Counted from the first letter of the stretch, positions 1-9,596 are shown. The stretch is DNA of 26,363 nt from an uncultured Pseudomonadota bacterium (GCA_964454175.1 CAYVSA010000024.1:1-26363); one strand, 5' to 3'. Program-made: numbers and translations. The notes: generated by a model from the sequence alone, not told the origin.

Positions 1-53
1 TTGCATCTCACCAGTTTTCCCTCGCCTCGTTCTTAAATGACAATCCATAGTAA

Positions 54-116
54 ACGTTGGACCTTGGACCAGGTGTCGCTTTCAACTATTGCTTGGCAAG
101 CGTTGGGCGTTGGACG
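54..116 (+). repeat. Degenerate heptamer tandem repeats (two short runs)
   Basis: ACGTTGG-ACCTTGG-ACC at 54-70 and GCGTTGG-GCGTTGG-ACG at 100-116. Same unit family as GGACGTT/GGACATT at 24415-24442. Confidence 0.55.
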
Positions 117-270
117 ATTTTGACATAAATGGATCCTGGGACTGCAACACTAAATCAGAATATTGTAGAAAGGTAATAATTTTCTTGATATCTTTCAGTG
201 GTCATGTATTATCGGAAAAATTGACATTGAATTGCGGGGAATTGACTTCAACCTGGAAGATGCGGGAGGT

Positions 271-507
271 ATGAGGATGACATCGAACTTCAAGCAGTCC
301 AGGCTCGACACTTCAGGGACGGTTGATCTTTGGTGCGAGCAGTGCGGCCAGAAAATCAAGGGTGAGCCTTTTGAAACAAGTTTTTCAGGATGGTGCGCCT
401 GCTTCGATCCTGTACACTTCTGCTCAAGCAAATGCTGGGAGGATCCGGAGAACATGTTCAACACCGAGAACTGGCCGGAGGCGCCAAAGGCGCCTGAGGG
501 GTGGTAG
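271..507 (+). CDS. Small Cys-rich putative metal-binding protein (TRASH/zf-FCS-like), 78 aa
   Basis: GGGAGGT Shine-Dalgarno just before ATG-AGG-ATG (start at 271 or 277). Motif WCEQCG-x15-CAC-x4-HFCSSKC; CxxC plus FCSxxC is typical of TRASH/YHS/MYM-type treble-clef domains. Confidence 0.65.
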   Translation: MRMTSNFKQSRLDTSGTVDLWCEQCGQKIKGEPFETSFSGWCACFDPVHFCSSKCWEDPENMFNTENWPEAPKAPEGW

Positions 508-512
508 TTTTT

Positions 513-544
513 GGGTAAGGGGGTATGGGGGTGTGGTGGTAATG
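513..544 (+). repeat. G-rich 8-nt tandem repeat
   Basis: GGGTAAGG-GGGTATGG-GGGTGTGG-TGGTAATG, starting 6 nt after the stop of the small ORF. Confidence 0.6.
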
Positions 545-691
545 GCAAAAAACCTTAAATTCTAGTGGTATATAAAAGCAACTTAAAGTAACATATAAAG
601 TAGAATTCAGTTCGAAGAGATCATGACCAGGAGAAAACCGGAAAATACACGCCACTTCAGGCCAACGCCCCGGACCATCTCCAAACAACCA

Positions 692-719
692 TTGAACGGC
701 TTCCAAAAGATGCTATAAT
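692..719 (+). promoter_or_regulatory. Probable sigma70 promoter of the HIT-lapA-mutS operon
   Basis: TTGAAC (692-697), 16-nt spacer, extended -10 TGcTATAAT (TATAAT at 714-719), about 60 nt upstream of the HIT start. Confidence 0.6.
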
Positions 720-777
720 CAGACAACTAAACCGTTACCTTTACTCACGGTTTTCCTTGATGGGGGAATATATCGTT

Positions 778-1278
778 TTGAAGGTCATGTGGGCTCCGTG
801 GAGAATGGAGTACATACTCAGCGAAAAGGAAGGAGAATGTATATTCTGCAGGCTCAACTCTGCTGATCCTTCTGCTGATAACCTGATGCTGCTCAAGACA
901 GAGAGCGTCCTGGTACTTATGAACATGTACCCGTACAACAATGGACACATTCTGGTGGCCCCGCGCAGGCACACAGCAGACTTTTACGACCTGCCGCCAG
1001 GTGAGTATGGAGACCTGATGGAGGTCTTCCGGTTCAGTCTCAAGGCTCTTGAGAATTTCATTTCGCCGGAAGGTTTTAATGCAGGCTTGAATCTGGGCCA
1101 ATCTGGGGGCGCCGGCGTGGTCGATCACCTGCACTGGCACATTGTTCCCCGATGGCACGGGGACACGAATTACATGCCTGTCATTTCCGGCACCAGAGTG
1201 ATCCCGGAGGCTATTGAGGATACCTACAGCAAGCTCTTTCCGCTTTTCACAGGTTACGGAAAAAAGGGGGTAAAGTGA
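778..1278 (+). CDS. HIT family hydrolase / Ap4A phosphorylase-like
   Basis: N-terminal WAPWRMEYI, CIFC zinc motif, NMYPYNNGHILVAP and histidine triad HLHWHIVPRW. TTG start at 778 chosen from the GGGGGA SD (the ORF track starts at 757). Confidence 0.92.
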   Translation: MKVMWAPWRMEYILSEKEGECIFCRLNSADPSADNLMLLKTESVLVLMNMYPYNNGHILVAPRRHTADFYDLPPGEYGDLMEVFRFSLKALENFISPEGFNAGLNLGQSGGAGVVDHLHWHIVPRWHGDTNYMPVISGTRVIPEAIEDTYSKLFPLFTGYGKKGVK

Positions 1279-1279
1279 G

Positions 1280-1723
1280 ATGATGAAGTACCTGAGGGCC
1301 CTTCTTGTATTCCTCCTTGCTCTGGTGTTGGCCGGCTTCATCCAGCAGAATTCACAAAGTGTTATCCTGAAGTATTTCGGGTATGACTCAACCCCGCTCC
1401 CACTATCACTATTTATGATAGTTGCCTTCGGTCTGGGTTATATTCTGGCGATCCTGGTTGGGTTTTCAGGGACTATCAGGTCCAGATACCGGCTGATGCA
1501 GGCGGAAAGGGAAGTAAAGCGCCTGAAGGGCGGCTCAACCCGGCGCAGGAAGAATAAAAAGTCAGGTAGATCAGGTAAGTCTGATAAGTCTGAGAAGCAG
1601 GGGAAGAGCGACGCGGACAATAACGACACAGGGGAGAATGAAGGTGATACTCCCGATCCAGAGAAAGAGGAACCGGGATACGATACCCAGAAGTTTCCCT
1701 CCGATGAAGACGACCAGGAGTAA
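1280..1723 (+). CDS. lapA: LapA-family (DUF1049) membrane protein with long charged C-terminal tail
   Basis: Two TM helices separated by QNSQSVILKYFGY..PLPLSL, followed by a basic coiled-coil. Typical LapA layout and neighbourhood. Confidence 0.75.
   Translation: MMKYLRALLVFLLALVLAGFIQQNSQSVILKYFGYDSTPLPLSLFMIVAFGLGYILAILVGFSGTIRSRYRLMQAEREVKRLKGGSTRRRKNKKSGRSGKSDKSEKQGKSDADNNDTGENEGDTPDPEKEEPGYDTQKFPSDEDDQE
1562..1597 (+). repeat. In-frame 9-nt tandem repeat in the lapA tail
   Basis: TCAGGTAGA-TCAGGTAAG-TCTGATAAG-TCTGAGAAG, encoding SGR-SGK-SDK-SEK. Confidence 0.65.
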
Positions 1724-1749
1724 TTCGGGTTACAGAGGGATGTGGAGGA

Positions 1750-2565
1750 TTGGTTAGCCTTTCTGCTGTGCTGCCTTTGCCCCGGTTCAGGGTATCGGGA
1801 CCCCTGTTGTGGTCAGTTGCCCTGTTAATGATTATAGGTGTTTCCGGCGCGGAAGCATCGTCTGAAGTTTTCATCGGTGAGGCCCTTTATATGTCGGGTG
1901 ATCTGGCCGGTGCTTCGGTCCATCTGGACAGGGCATTGGAAGAGGACTCCACCGTGTCGGTGAGGGCCCTTTATCTTCTTGGAAGGATCTCACTGCTCAC
2001 GGGTGATTTTCGCCAAAGCAAGGAGTTTTTCGAAAGATCTCTGGAGCTTTTTCCCGAAGGTTACAGGTACAAGGCCCTGGTTGGCATTGCTGATGCGCTC
2101 TATGGGGGCGGTAGATATCAGGAGGCCGTAAGACGCTTCAGGGAGGCCAGGCTGGCAGGTGCGCCCGAAGGGCTTGTTGAACTGAAGCTGGCTCTGTGTG
2201 AACTGGCGGGAGGAAAGAATGAGGCCGCCCTGGACAGGGTCGAGAAAGCCCTGAATTTTATCCCGGTCCTGTCCTCCTGGAAGGGCAGGGAACGCGAGTT
2301 TGTTCGTTCATTGAAGCTTCAAAGTTTTCATGTGTCTGAAGCAGCACTCGAAAATGTATATGTGCTCCTGGGCCCTGTTTCTGCCTGGAAGAAACTGCCC
2401 CCAGAAATTGACGAGGCCGTGGGCCCCACACCGGTGAAAAAAATAAGGGAAAACGGCAAGATTTACCTCCGGTATGGTCCAATGGCCGATCCGGTGGAAG
2501 GGATGCTCCTTGCCGAGTCTCTCAGGAAGCTGACTTCCCATGAAGTGAGGATCATAAGAAAGTGA
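1750..2565 (+). CDS. Exported tetratricopeptide-repeat protein with SPOR-like C-terminus
   Basis: Hydrophobic N-terminal segment ending AEA, TPR helices (ALYLLGRISLLTGDFRQSKEFFERSLELFP; ALVGIADALYGGGRYQEA), and C-terminal IYLRYGPM...LAESLRK resembling SPOR. Start codon uncertain. Confidence 0.7.
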   Translation: MVSLSAVLPLPRFRVSGPLLWSVALLMIIGVSGAEASSEVFIGEALYMSGDLAGASVHLDRALEEDSTVSVRALYLLGRISLLTGDFRQSKEFFERSLELFPEGYRYKALVGIADALYGGGRYQEAVRRFREARLAGAPEGLVELKLALCELAGGKNEAALDRVEKALNFIPVLSSWKGREREFVRSLKLQSFHVSEAALENVYVLLGPVSAWKKLPPEIDEAVGPTPVKKIRENGKIYLRYGPMADPVEGMLLAESLRKLTSHEVRIIRK

Positions 2566-5216
2566 AGGGAAACAGACAAAAGGGCGGGACATCCACGCCG
2601 ATGATGAAGCAATACCTGTCAATTAAAGGACAGCATCCGGATGCTATCCTTTTCTTCCGTATGGGAGATTTTTACGAGATGTTCATGGATGATGCTGTTC
2701 AGGCTGCCGGTGTCCTGAAGATAGCCCTCACCAGCAGGGATAAGGGCAAGGAGGACGCAGTTCCCATGTGCGGCGTGCCATACCATGCTGCAGAAGGCTA
2801 CCTGAACAAGCTCGTTCAGGCCGGGCATAAAGTTGCTATTTGTGAGCAGGTTGAAGACCCTGCTAAAGCCAGGGGACTGGTCAAAAGAGAGGTTACAAGG
2901 GTAGTCACTCCGGGCACAGCGGTGGAAGATGCTCTCCTGGAAGCATCTGAACCTTCCTACCTGGCGGCCGTCATCCAGTCCGGCACAGACGCGGGTCTGG
3001 CGCTGGTGGATGTTTCAACTGGGGATTTCAGGCTGGCCCAGATGTCCGGAGATGATGCTCCGATGGAGCTTTTGGCGGCCCTGGCGCAGTTCGCGCCTCG
3101 AGAGATGCTGCTGCCGATGGATGCGGAAGCGCCGGAGACCAAGTCTCATCTGACACGGCTGGACGGCTACCGGTTTCAGACGGATCTGGCAGAGGAGGCG
3201 TTGAAGCATTTTTTCGGTGTTAAAACGCTGGCTGGTTTCGGCATCGAGTCCATGGCGCTTGCAGTTGGTGCAGCTGGAGCAGCCATCTCCTATCTCGAGG
3301 AGGTGCATCCTGCGGGCCTGAAGCACATAGCCGGTATCAGACCTATCGCTGCCCTGGAGGGATTGGTTCTTGATGAGATCACTCTGAAGAACCTCGAAAT
3401 AGTAGAGCCGATGCACGGCTCAGGACGTGAGGGAAGTCTCTTTAACCTCCTGGATGGTACCGTTACGCCCCAGGGAGCCCGGAGGTTAAGAGAGGTGATC
3501 GTGCGTCCCCTCAGGGACCCCGCTGTTATAGATGCAAGGCTGGACCTGGTTCAGGAACTTGTAGACGACCCGGTTTTAAGAGGCCGAATCAGGCTGGCGC
3601 TGAGGAATGTGTCCGATGTCCACAGGATACTCTCCAGGATAAGTTCAGGGACTGCCTCTCCCCGGGACATGGCTGCTCTTAGAGACACTCTTCAGGAACT
3701 GCCGCATCTTAGAGGACTCCTTTCAGAGCTGGATTCCGATCTGGGTGAGGAGGTCTGGTCGAGAATGCATGAGATCGATGATCTCAGAGATATTCTGGTG
3801 CAGGCGGTAGTGGATATCCCCGCTGCGACAATGAAGGATGGGGGCGTAATAAGAGAGGGCTACGACAGCGATCTGGATGAACTTCGGGCGCTGGCAAGGG
3901 ACGGTAAGTCCTTTATCAGTTCTCTTGAAAACCGGGAGAGGGAGCAGACGAAGATACCCTCCCTGAAAGTCGGTTTCAACAGGGTCTTCGGGTACTATCT
4001 GGAAGTTACTAACGCTCATAAGGACCTGGTGCCGGACCATTTCATCCGCAAACAGACGCTTGTGAATGCCGAGCGGTTCATAACTCAGGAACTCAAGGAG
4101 ATGGAAGACAGCATTCTCAGTGCCCAGGAAAGGATGCTGAGGAGGGAGCGGGACCTCTTCCAGGGGCTCGGCGGCAAAGTGCTCGAACACATCAGTGCCC
4201 TGCAGGAAACAGGTACCTCCCTTGCTGACTCAGACCTTTTCTGTTCATTGGCGGAGCTGGCGCACAACTCCGGTTACTGCAGGCCGGTGATCCTGGAAAA
4301 TGATCCCGAGAGGAGAATATCCATAACAGGCGGCAGGCACCCGGTTCTGGAAAGTCTCGATCTCGGAGAAAATTTTGTGCCGAACGACGTCTTTCTCGAT
4401 TCAACTGACAGCCGACTGATGGTGATAACAGGACCCAATATGGCTGGTAAGTCAACATATATGCGGCAGGTAGCGTTGATCGTTCTGATGGCCCAGGCCG
4501 GTTCATTCGTGCCGGCTTCGGAGGCTATAATCAGTCCGGTGGACAGGATCTTTACCAGGATAGGCGCTTCAGATGTCCTCACCAGGGGGCTTTCAACTTT
4601 CATGGTGGAAATGATCGAGACAGCAGGGATCGTCAATAATGTTTCTGCAGACAGCCTGGTGATCCTCGACGAAATAGGCAGGGGGACCAGTACATTCGAC
4701 GGCATAAGCATTGCCTGGGCTACAGCTGAATATCTTCTTGAAGGGCCCGGGAAGGGTTGCAGGACAATGTTTGCAACCCACTATCACGAACTGACTGAGC
4801 TGCCCCTGGAAAAAGAGGGAGTTCGCAACTGTAATGTGGCGATCAGGGAATGGGGCAGCAGACTTGTTTTCCTGAGGAAGGTCCGCGAGGGACCAGCCGA
4901 CCGGAGCTACGGTATCCAGGTGGCCAGGCTTGCCGGACTCCCAGAAAAGGTCGTTCAGCGGGCCAGTGCAATACTGGAAAACCTTGAGGAAACTGCCCTT
5001 GACAGGAAAGGCAGGCCTGTCATAGTTGCCGGCCAGACAAAAGCACCTCCATACCATGACCTGCAGTCAGACCAGGAGCCCCAGATGAACCTGTTTTCAG
5101 AGCGGGGGAAGCTGATGGAAGAACTGGCCAAAGCTGACCTGAACAGCATGACCCCTATCGAGGCCCTCAACTTTATGATGAGATTAAAAAAGCGTTTCAG
5201 CAGCCGAGAGGTATGA
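2562..5216 (+). CDS. mutS: DNA mismatch repair protein MutS
   Basis: TPMMKQY, FRMGDFYEMF, Walker A GPNMAGKSTYMRQ, STFMVEM, DEIGRGTSTFDG, SYGIQVA, and C-terminal beta-clamp motif QMNLF. Confidence 0.99.
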   Translation: MKGNRQKGGTSTPMMKQYLSIKGQHPDAILFFRMGDFYEMFMDDAVQAAGVLKIALTSRDKGKEDAVPMCGVPYHAAEGYLNKLVQAGHKVAICEQVEDPAKARGLVKREVTRVVTPGTAVEDALLEASEPSYLAAVIQSGTDAGLALVDVSTGDFRLAQMSGDDAPMELLAALAQFAPREMLLPMDAEAPETKSHLTRLDGYRFQTDLAEEALKHFFGVKTLAGFGIESMALAVGAAGAAISYLEEVHPAGLKHIAGIRPIAALEGLVLDEITLKNLEIVEPMHGSGREGSLFNLLDGTVTPQGARRLREVIVRPLRDPAVIDARLDLVQELVDDPVLRGRIRLALRNVSDVHRILSRISSGTASPRDMAALRDTLQELPHLRGLLSELDSDLGEEVWSRMHEIDDLRDILVQAVVDIPAATMKDGGVIREGYDSDLDELRALARDGKSFISSLENREREQTKIPSLKVGFNRVFGYYLEVTNAHKDLVPDHFIRKQTLVNAERFITQELKEMEDSILSAQERMLRRERDLFQGLGGKVLEHISALQETGTSLADSDLFCSLAELAHNSGYCRPVILENDPERRISITGGRHPVLESLDLGENFVPNDVFLDSTDSRLMVITGPNMAGKSTYMRQVALIVLMAQAGSFVPASEAIISPVDRIFTRIGASDVLTRGLSTFMVEMIETAGIVNNVSADSLVILDEIGRGTSTFDGISIAWATAEYLLEGPGKGCRTMFATHYHELTELPLEKEGVRNCNVAIREWGSRLVFLRKVREGPADRSYGIQVARLAGLPEKVVQRASAILENLEETALDRKGRPVIVAGQTKAPPYHDLQSDQEPQMNLFSERGKLMEELAKADLNSMTPIEALNFMMRLKKRFSSREV

Positions 5217-5217
5217 C

Positions 5218-6870
5218 TTGAAAAAACTGTCAGCGGTTTTGATCGCAGCTTCAATCCTGGCCTGGGCACCTGCAGCCATGTCCAAACCCTACTGTGAACG
5301 GCTCTACGATTCCGCCAGACAGGACTACTACGCACTATTAAAAAGCGAACGTAAACAGCGTTTTCATGACAGCTGGGATAAGGTTATCGGGAAATTCACC
5401 GGGATCGTGGATAAATACCCGGACTGCAGACTGGCCCCGGACTCGCTCTTTAATACGGGAATCCTGTATCAAAAACTGTACAGAAAATCATGGATGCGTA
5501 AAGACCTCGAAAGCTCACTCAAAAATTTTATGAAACTTTCAAAAAGCTATCCTGAGAGCAAACTGGCAGACGACGCGCTTGTAATGGCTGCCGAGATCCA
5601 GGAGGAGAAGGGCGACAAGAAAGGCGCCTATTTGACCTACGACAGGGTTATAGCCTCCTATCCATCAGGTGACATGAAGTCCAGTGCCAAAAAGAAACTC
5701 AGGGAACTCGCCAGATATGCGCCCTCCAGGGAGCCTGCAGCCCTGTCACGGCCTGGAAAAGCCAAGATCACGGATATCAGGCACTGGTCGAACCCGGACT
5801 ACTCGAGGGTGGTAATTTATGCCTCCGGAAAATTGAGCTTTAAGAAAAATCTATTGAAACGCGATCCAGCAAGGGGCAAACCGCCAAGACTCTATCTGGA
5901 TATAAAGAGGGCCTTTGTACCTTCTGATCTAACCGACCCGATCCCCATAAGGGACGGGCTTCTGCTTCAGGCCAGAGCAGGTCAGTACGACCGGGACACG
6001 GTACGTGTCGTCCTGGACATCGACAGCATGGCGGACAACCGGGTCTTTACAATGGAAAATCCCACCCGTCTGGTGGTAGATGTGATGGGAGAAAAGGCGT
6101 CCGGGAGATCCCCATCTGCCGGTTCGTCTGGTATGGGTACTGAAAATCCCATACCCCTTGTCAACCAGCTGGGACTTGGTGTTAGAAAGATAGTGCTGGA
6201 TCCCGGACACGGCGGTAAAGACCCCGGGGCAGTGGGGCGCAGGGGCACCAGAGAAAAAGATGTGACGCTTGCTATAGCCCGAAAGTTAAAGCCCCTCCTG
6301 GCTGCAAAAGGTTACGAAGTGCTGATGACCAGGAATTCGGACCGATACGTGGGACTTGATGAAAGAACAGCCTTTGCCAATAAGAACCAGGCGGATCTTT
6401 TTGTTTCAATACACACCAATGCAAGCCGCAGTCGTAAAGCCAGGGGGATCGAGACCTATTTCCTTGGCGTTGCCAGGGACAGAGAGTCCTCGGAGACGGC
6501 CATGCTGGAAAACGCGATCACCGAACAGACCCTCGCTGATCTGGAACAGATCCTCCTTGACCTCACCAGAACTTCAAACCTCATGCAGTCAAGCCTGCTT
6601 GCCGAGACAATACAGGACAGCCTCTACAACGGGCTGAGGGCAAAATATTCAAATATCAGGAACCACGGAGTGAAACAGGCTTCTTTCTACGTGCTCATAG
6701 GCGCACAGATGCCGGCGGTTCTTGTGGAGACCTCCTTTATTTCCCACCCGACGGAAGAAAAGCTCCTCCTGAGCAGTACCTACAAGGAAGTTGTCGTCAA
6801 TTCGATCTACGATGGAATAATCCGGTACATTGAAAAAGTCCTCAGCAAGGTCAGCGCGGAGTCTTCATGA
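5218..6870 (+). CDS. N-acetylmuramoyl-L-alanine amidase (signal peptide-TPR-AMIN-Amidase_3)
   Basis: Signal peptide, BamD/TPR-like helices, AMIN-like RLYLDI/RVVLDI/PTRLVVDV, and catalytic motifs LDPGHGGKDPG, EKD, SIHTN, VLVETSFI. Confidence 0.95.
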   Translation: MKKLSAVLIAASILAWAPAAMSKPYCERLYDSARQDYYALLKSERKQRFHDSWDKVIGKFTGIVDKYPDCRLAPDSLFNTGILYQKLYRKSWMRKDLESSLKNFMKLSKSYPESKLADDALVMAAEIQEEKGDKKGAYLTYDRVIASYPSGDMKSSAKKKLRELARYAPSREPAALSRPGKAKITDIRHWSNPDYSRVVIYASGKLSFKKNLLKRDPARGKPPRLYLDIKRAFVPSDLTDPIPIRDGLLLQARAGQYDRDTVRVVLDIDSMADNRVFTMENPTRLVVDVMGEKASGRSPSAGSSGMGTENPIPLVNQLGLGVRKIVLDPGHGGKDPGAVGRRGTREKDVTLAIARKLKPLLAAKGYEVLMTRNSDRYVGLDERTAFANKNQADLFVSIHTNASRSRKARGIETYFLGVARDRESSETAMLENAITEQTLADLEQILLDLTRTSNLMQSSLLAETIQDSLYNGLRAKYSNIRNHGVKQASFYVLIGAQMPAVLVETSFISHPTEEKLLLSSTYKEVVVNSIYDGIIRYIEKVLSKVSAESS

Positions 6871-9554
6871 GCCTTCTGTCCCTTGAGCAGATCACAGATA
6901 CAGGCACCAGCCAGGAGGAGATAGGAAAGGTCCTTCAGGAGCACTACAGGACCGCATGGGACACTCTCAAAAAAGAGCACGAATCCGGCCTGGACAGCCT
7001 GGAGGTCATCTCACAGCTTACCCGGTTAATGGATGAACTGGTCGGTTTTGTCTACCATCACGCGGAGTCCGAGCTTGGCAGGGAGGGATTGAAGAGAGAT
7101 GAACGACTTGTTCTGATGGCCCTGGGAAGCTATGGACGAAGGGAGCTGGCCCCTCACTCGGACATTGACCTTTTGTTCCTGCTTCCTGACAAGATCACGC
7201 CATGGGCCGAAGAATTCACACAGAAAATACTTTATATTCTTTGGGATACCGGGATCGACGTGGGTTATAGCTCCAGGTCGCTTGCGGATTGTGTGAGTCT
7301 GGCTGTTGAAAATTACGATGTTCTCACCTCACTGCTGGATGCCCGTTTTCTCCAGGGCAACCTGGATCTGTACCAGAAGTTCGGCGAAGAGTTTCGGCGA
7401 AAAACGTTGAGCCGGATCGGAGAGGATTTTGTAAAGAGTAAACTGGAAGGAATGTTAAAGAGGCTGGAAAAGCACGGAGGGACGGTTTACGTACTGGAAC
7501 CCAACCTGAAAGAGGGTATGGGTGGTCTAAGGGACATCCACATGACCCTCTGGGTTGCCAAAGTCCTCTACGGGGTTGACAGGATCGAGGATCTTGAGGA
7601 GCTCGACCTTGTGGACAGAAGAGACCTCAGGCTGTTAAAAAAATCGCTTAATTTCCTACTGAAGGTCAGGTGTGAACTCCACTTTACAGCTAATACAGCG
7701 CGGGACATGCTGAGTATGGAAAGACAGCCTTACCTCGCCAGACGGTTCGGATTTCGGGACAGGGGAGGTGTTCCCGCAGTTGAACAGTTTATGCAGAGAT
7801 ATTACTCACATGCGGGTCAGGTGCACCAGATCACCGAAAATATCATAAGAAAGTGCAGGGACAGCGAGAGGCGGACACCCAGAATACTTCTGAAGCTAAA
7901 GGAAAAGGATCTGGGTAACAGCTTCTACTCAAGAGACGGAGCCATTTATACGCACAAGCCGGCAGTGGAGTTCTTCAGGAAAGACCCCGGTCTCATCATG
8001 GAGGCCTTCAGGCTCTACCAGACGGCTGGACTGGACTTTTCTCCTGAGATCAGCGTTGCTGTGAGGAGGTCTCTGAGATATGTGGATGAGGCTTTCAGAA
8101 GCGATGAGCGGATAAGAGAGAGGTTCTTCAGTATCCTGGACGAGGACACGAGGCTCTATGAGACACTTCTGCTGATGAATGAGCTCAGGTTCCTGGGCAA
8201 TTTCATCCCCGAGTTTTCCGGGATCCACTGCAAGATGCAGCACGACTATTATCACACCTACACCGTGGACGAACACAGTATCCGTGCTGTCAGGGAACTT
8301 GTAGATCTCGCGTCGTCAAAGGAGTCTGATCTGGAGATCTACAAATCGGTTTATGAGGAACTTAAAGACAGCAGGCAGCTGCTGCTTCTTGTGACACTCC
8401 TCCACGACATCGGCAAGGGAGAAGGGTCTGGACACTCGGAGAAGGGTGCTGTCATGGCTGTAAAGGTTTTTACCCGGCTGGGCCTTCAGGATGACGAATT
8501 AGACACCGTGGATTTTCTTGTCAGGAACCACCTGGTGATGGCGCACATAGCCCAGAGAAGGGATCTGCACGAGGAAAAGACGATAAAGGAGTTTGCGAAA
8601 CTGGTCGAGACATCTGAGCGCCTGGGGTTACTGTGCATGCTGACCATGGCTGATCTGAGAGCTGTTGGGCCGGGTGTCTGGAATGAGTGGAAGGGGAGTC
8701 TGATAGCCGAGCTGTTTATTGAGACCAGCAGGGTTTTGGAAACCGGGGGCCTCAAACTGGAAGATATAGCCAGCAGGATAGAAAGGACCCGGAGTAAAGT
8801 AGAGAGAAATCTGGAAAAAGAGCTGCCCGCCGACGATATCAGGATCGAGTTGAACAGGCTGACCGAGAGGGCGTACCTGGTTTTCAGGCCGCGCAAGATC
8901 ACCAGGCTGATCTCGATGCGGGTGCGGATGGGAGATGACGATATTATTTCCGAATGGCATCAACCAAGAAGGGGCGGCTACACTGAGTTTTACGTTGTAG
9001 CCAACGACCATCCAGGTCTCTTTGCTCAGGTCACTGGTGTTCTAGCCGCCAACAACGTAAATATCCTCGGCGCACAGATACTGACGAGGGACGATGGGAC
9101 GGTTTTTGACATACTCCAGGTGACTGACAGTGTAATGCAGCCGATACATGACTCCGTAAAGTTCCGTATGGTAAGCCGTGAACTCAAGAAAACCATTGAC
9201 GGTGATCTGACAGTTGAGGATCTGATCCACACCCGGAAGCCCTCACTGCCGCTCGAGAAGAAAAAAACAGTGGCTGGGGAGATCATTACCCCCACCAGGG
9301 TAGAGGTGAGCAATGATATTTCGGATAACTTTACGGTGATCGATATCTATACAACAGACCGCATCGGGCTCCTGTATTCCATAACTTCCACCTTTTCTTC
9401 TCTGGACCTTTCAATTCACACTGCCAAGGTTTCGACCAAAGTGGATCAGGCTGTTGACGTGTTTTACGTAACTGATCTGAAAGGGAAAAAGATCACCGGA
9501 AAAGGAAGAATGGAAAAGATAAAGTCGAAGCTGGCTGAAGGGCTGGGAGGGTGA
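6867..9554 (+). CDS. glnD: [Protein-PII] uridylyltransferase / uridylyl-removing enzyme
   Basis: Nucleotidyltransferase motif GSYGRRELAPHSDIDL, EPNLKEGMGGLRD, HD domain (HTYTVDEHS...LHDIGKG) and two C-terminal ACT domains (DHPGLF, DRIGLL). Confidence 0.98.
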   Translation: MSLLSLEQITDTGTSQEEIGKVLQEHYRTAWDTLKKEHESGLDSLEVISQLTRLMDELVGFVYHHAESELGREGLKRDERLVLMALGSYGRRELAPHSDIDLLFLLPDKITPWAEEFTQKILYILWDTGIDVGYSSRSLADCVSLAVENYDVLTSLLDARFLQGNLDLYQKFGEEFRRKTLSRIGEDFVKSKLEGMLKRLEKHGGTVYVLEPNLKEGMGGLRDIHMTLWVAKVLYGVDRIEDLEELDLVDRRDLRLLKKSLNFLLKVRCELHFTANTARDMLSMERQPYLARRFGFRDRGGVPAVEQFMQRYYSHAGQVHQITENIIRKCRDSERRTPRILLKLKEKDLGNSFYSRDGAIYTHKPAVEFFRKDPGLIMEAFRLYQTAGLDFSPEISVAVRRSLRYVDEAFRSDERIRERFFSILDEDTRLYETLLLMNELRFLGNFIPEFSGIHCKMQHDYYHTYTVDEHSIRAVRELVDLASSKESDLEIYKSVYEELKDSRQLLLLVTLLHDIGKGEGSGHSEKGAVMAVKVFTRLGLQDDELDTVDFLVRNHLVMAHIAQRRDLHEEKTIKEFAKLVETSERLGLLCMLTMADLRAVGPGVWNEWKGSLIAELFIETSRVLETGGLKLEDIASRIERTRSKVERNLEKELPADDIRIELNRLTERAYLVFRPRKITRLISMRVRMGDDDIISEWHQPRRGGYTEFYVVANDHPGLFAQVTGVLAANNVNILGAQILTRDDGTVFDILQVTDSVMQPIHDSVKFRMVSRELKKTIDGDLTVEDLIHTRKPSLPLEKKKTVAGEIITPTRVEVSNDISDNFTVIDIYTTDRIGLLYSITSTFSSLDLSIHTAKVSTKVDQAVDVFYVTDLKGKKITGKGRMEKIKSKLAEGLGG

Positions 9555-9596
9555 TGTAAGTGAGCAGCGGTGAACGCCAGCCAGGACTGGCAGGAA

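Noticed and set aside
1-30. Start of a divergent minus-strand gene (CAT at 4-6)
   Set aside because: Only two codons are visible at the window edge, so it cannot be supported.
9577-9592. GCCAG-CCAGGA-CTGGC hairpin between convergent glnD and cyclase
   Set aside because: Only a 5-bp stem with no U-tract on either strand; too weak to call a terminator.
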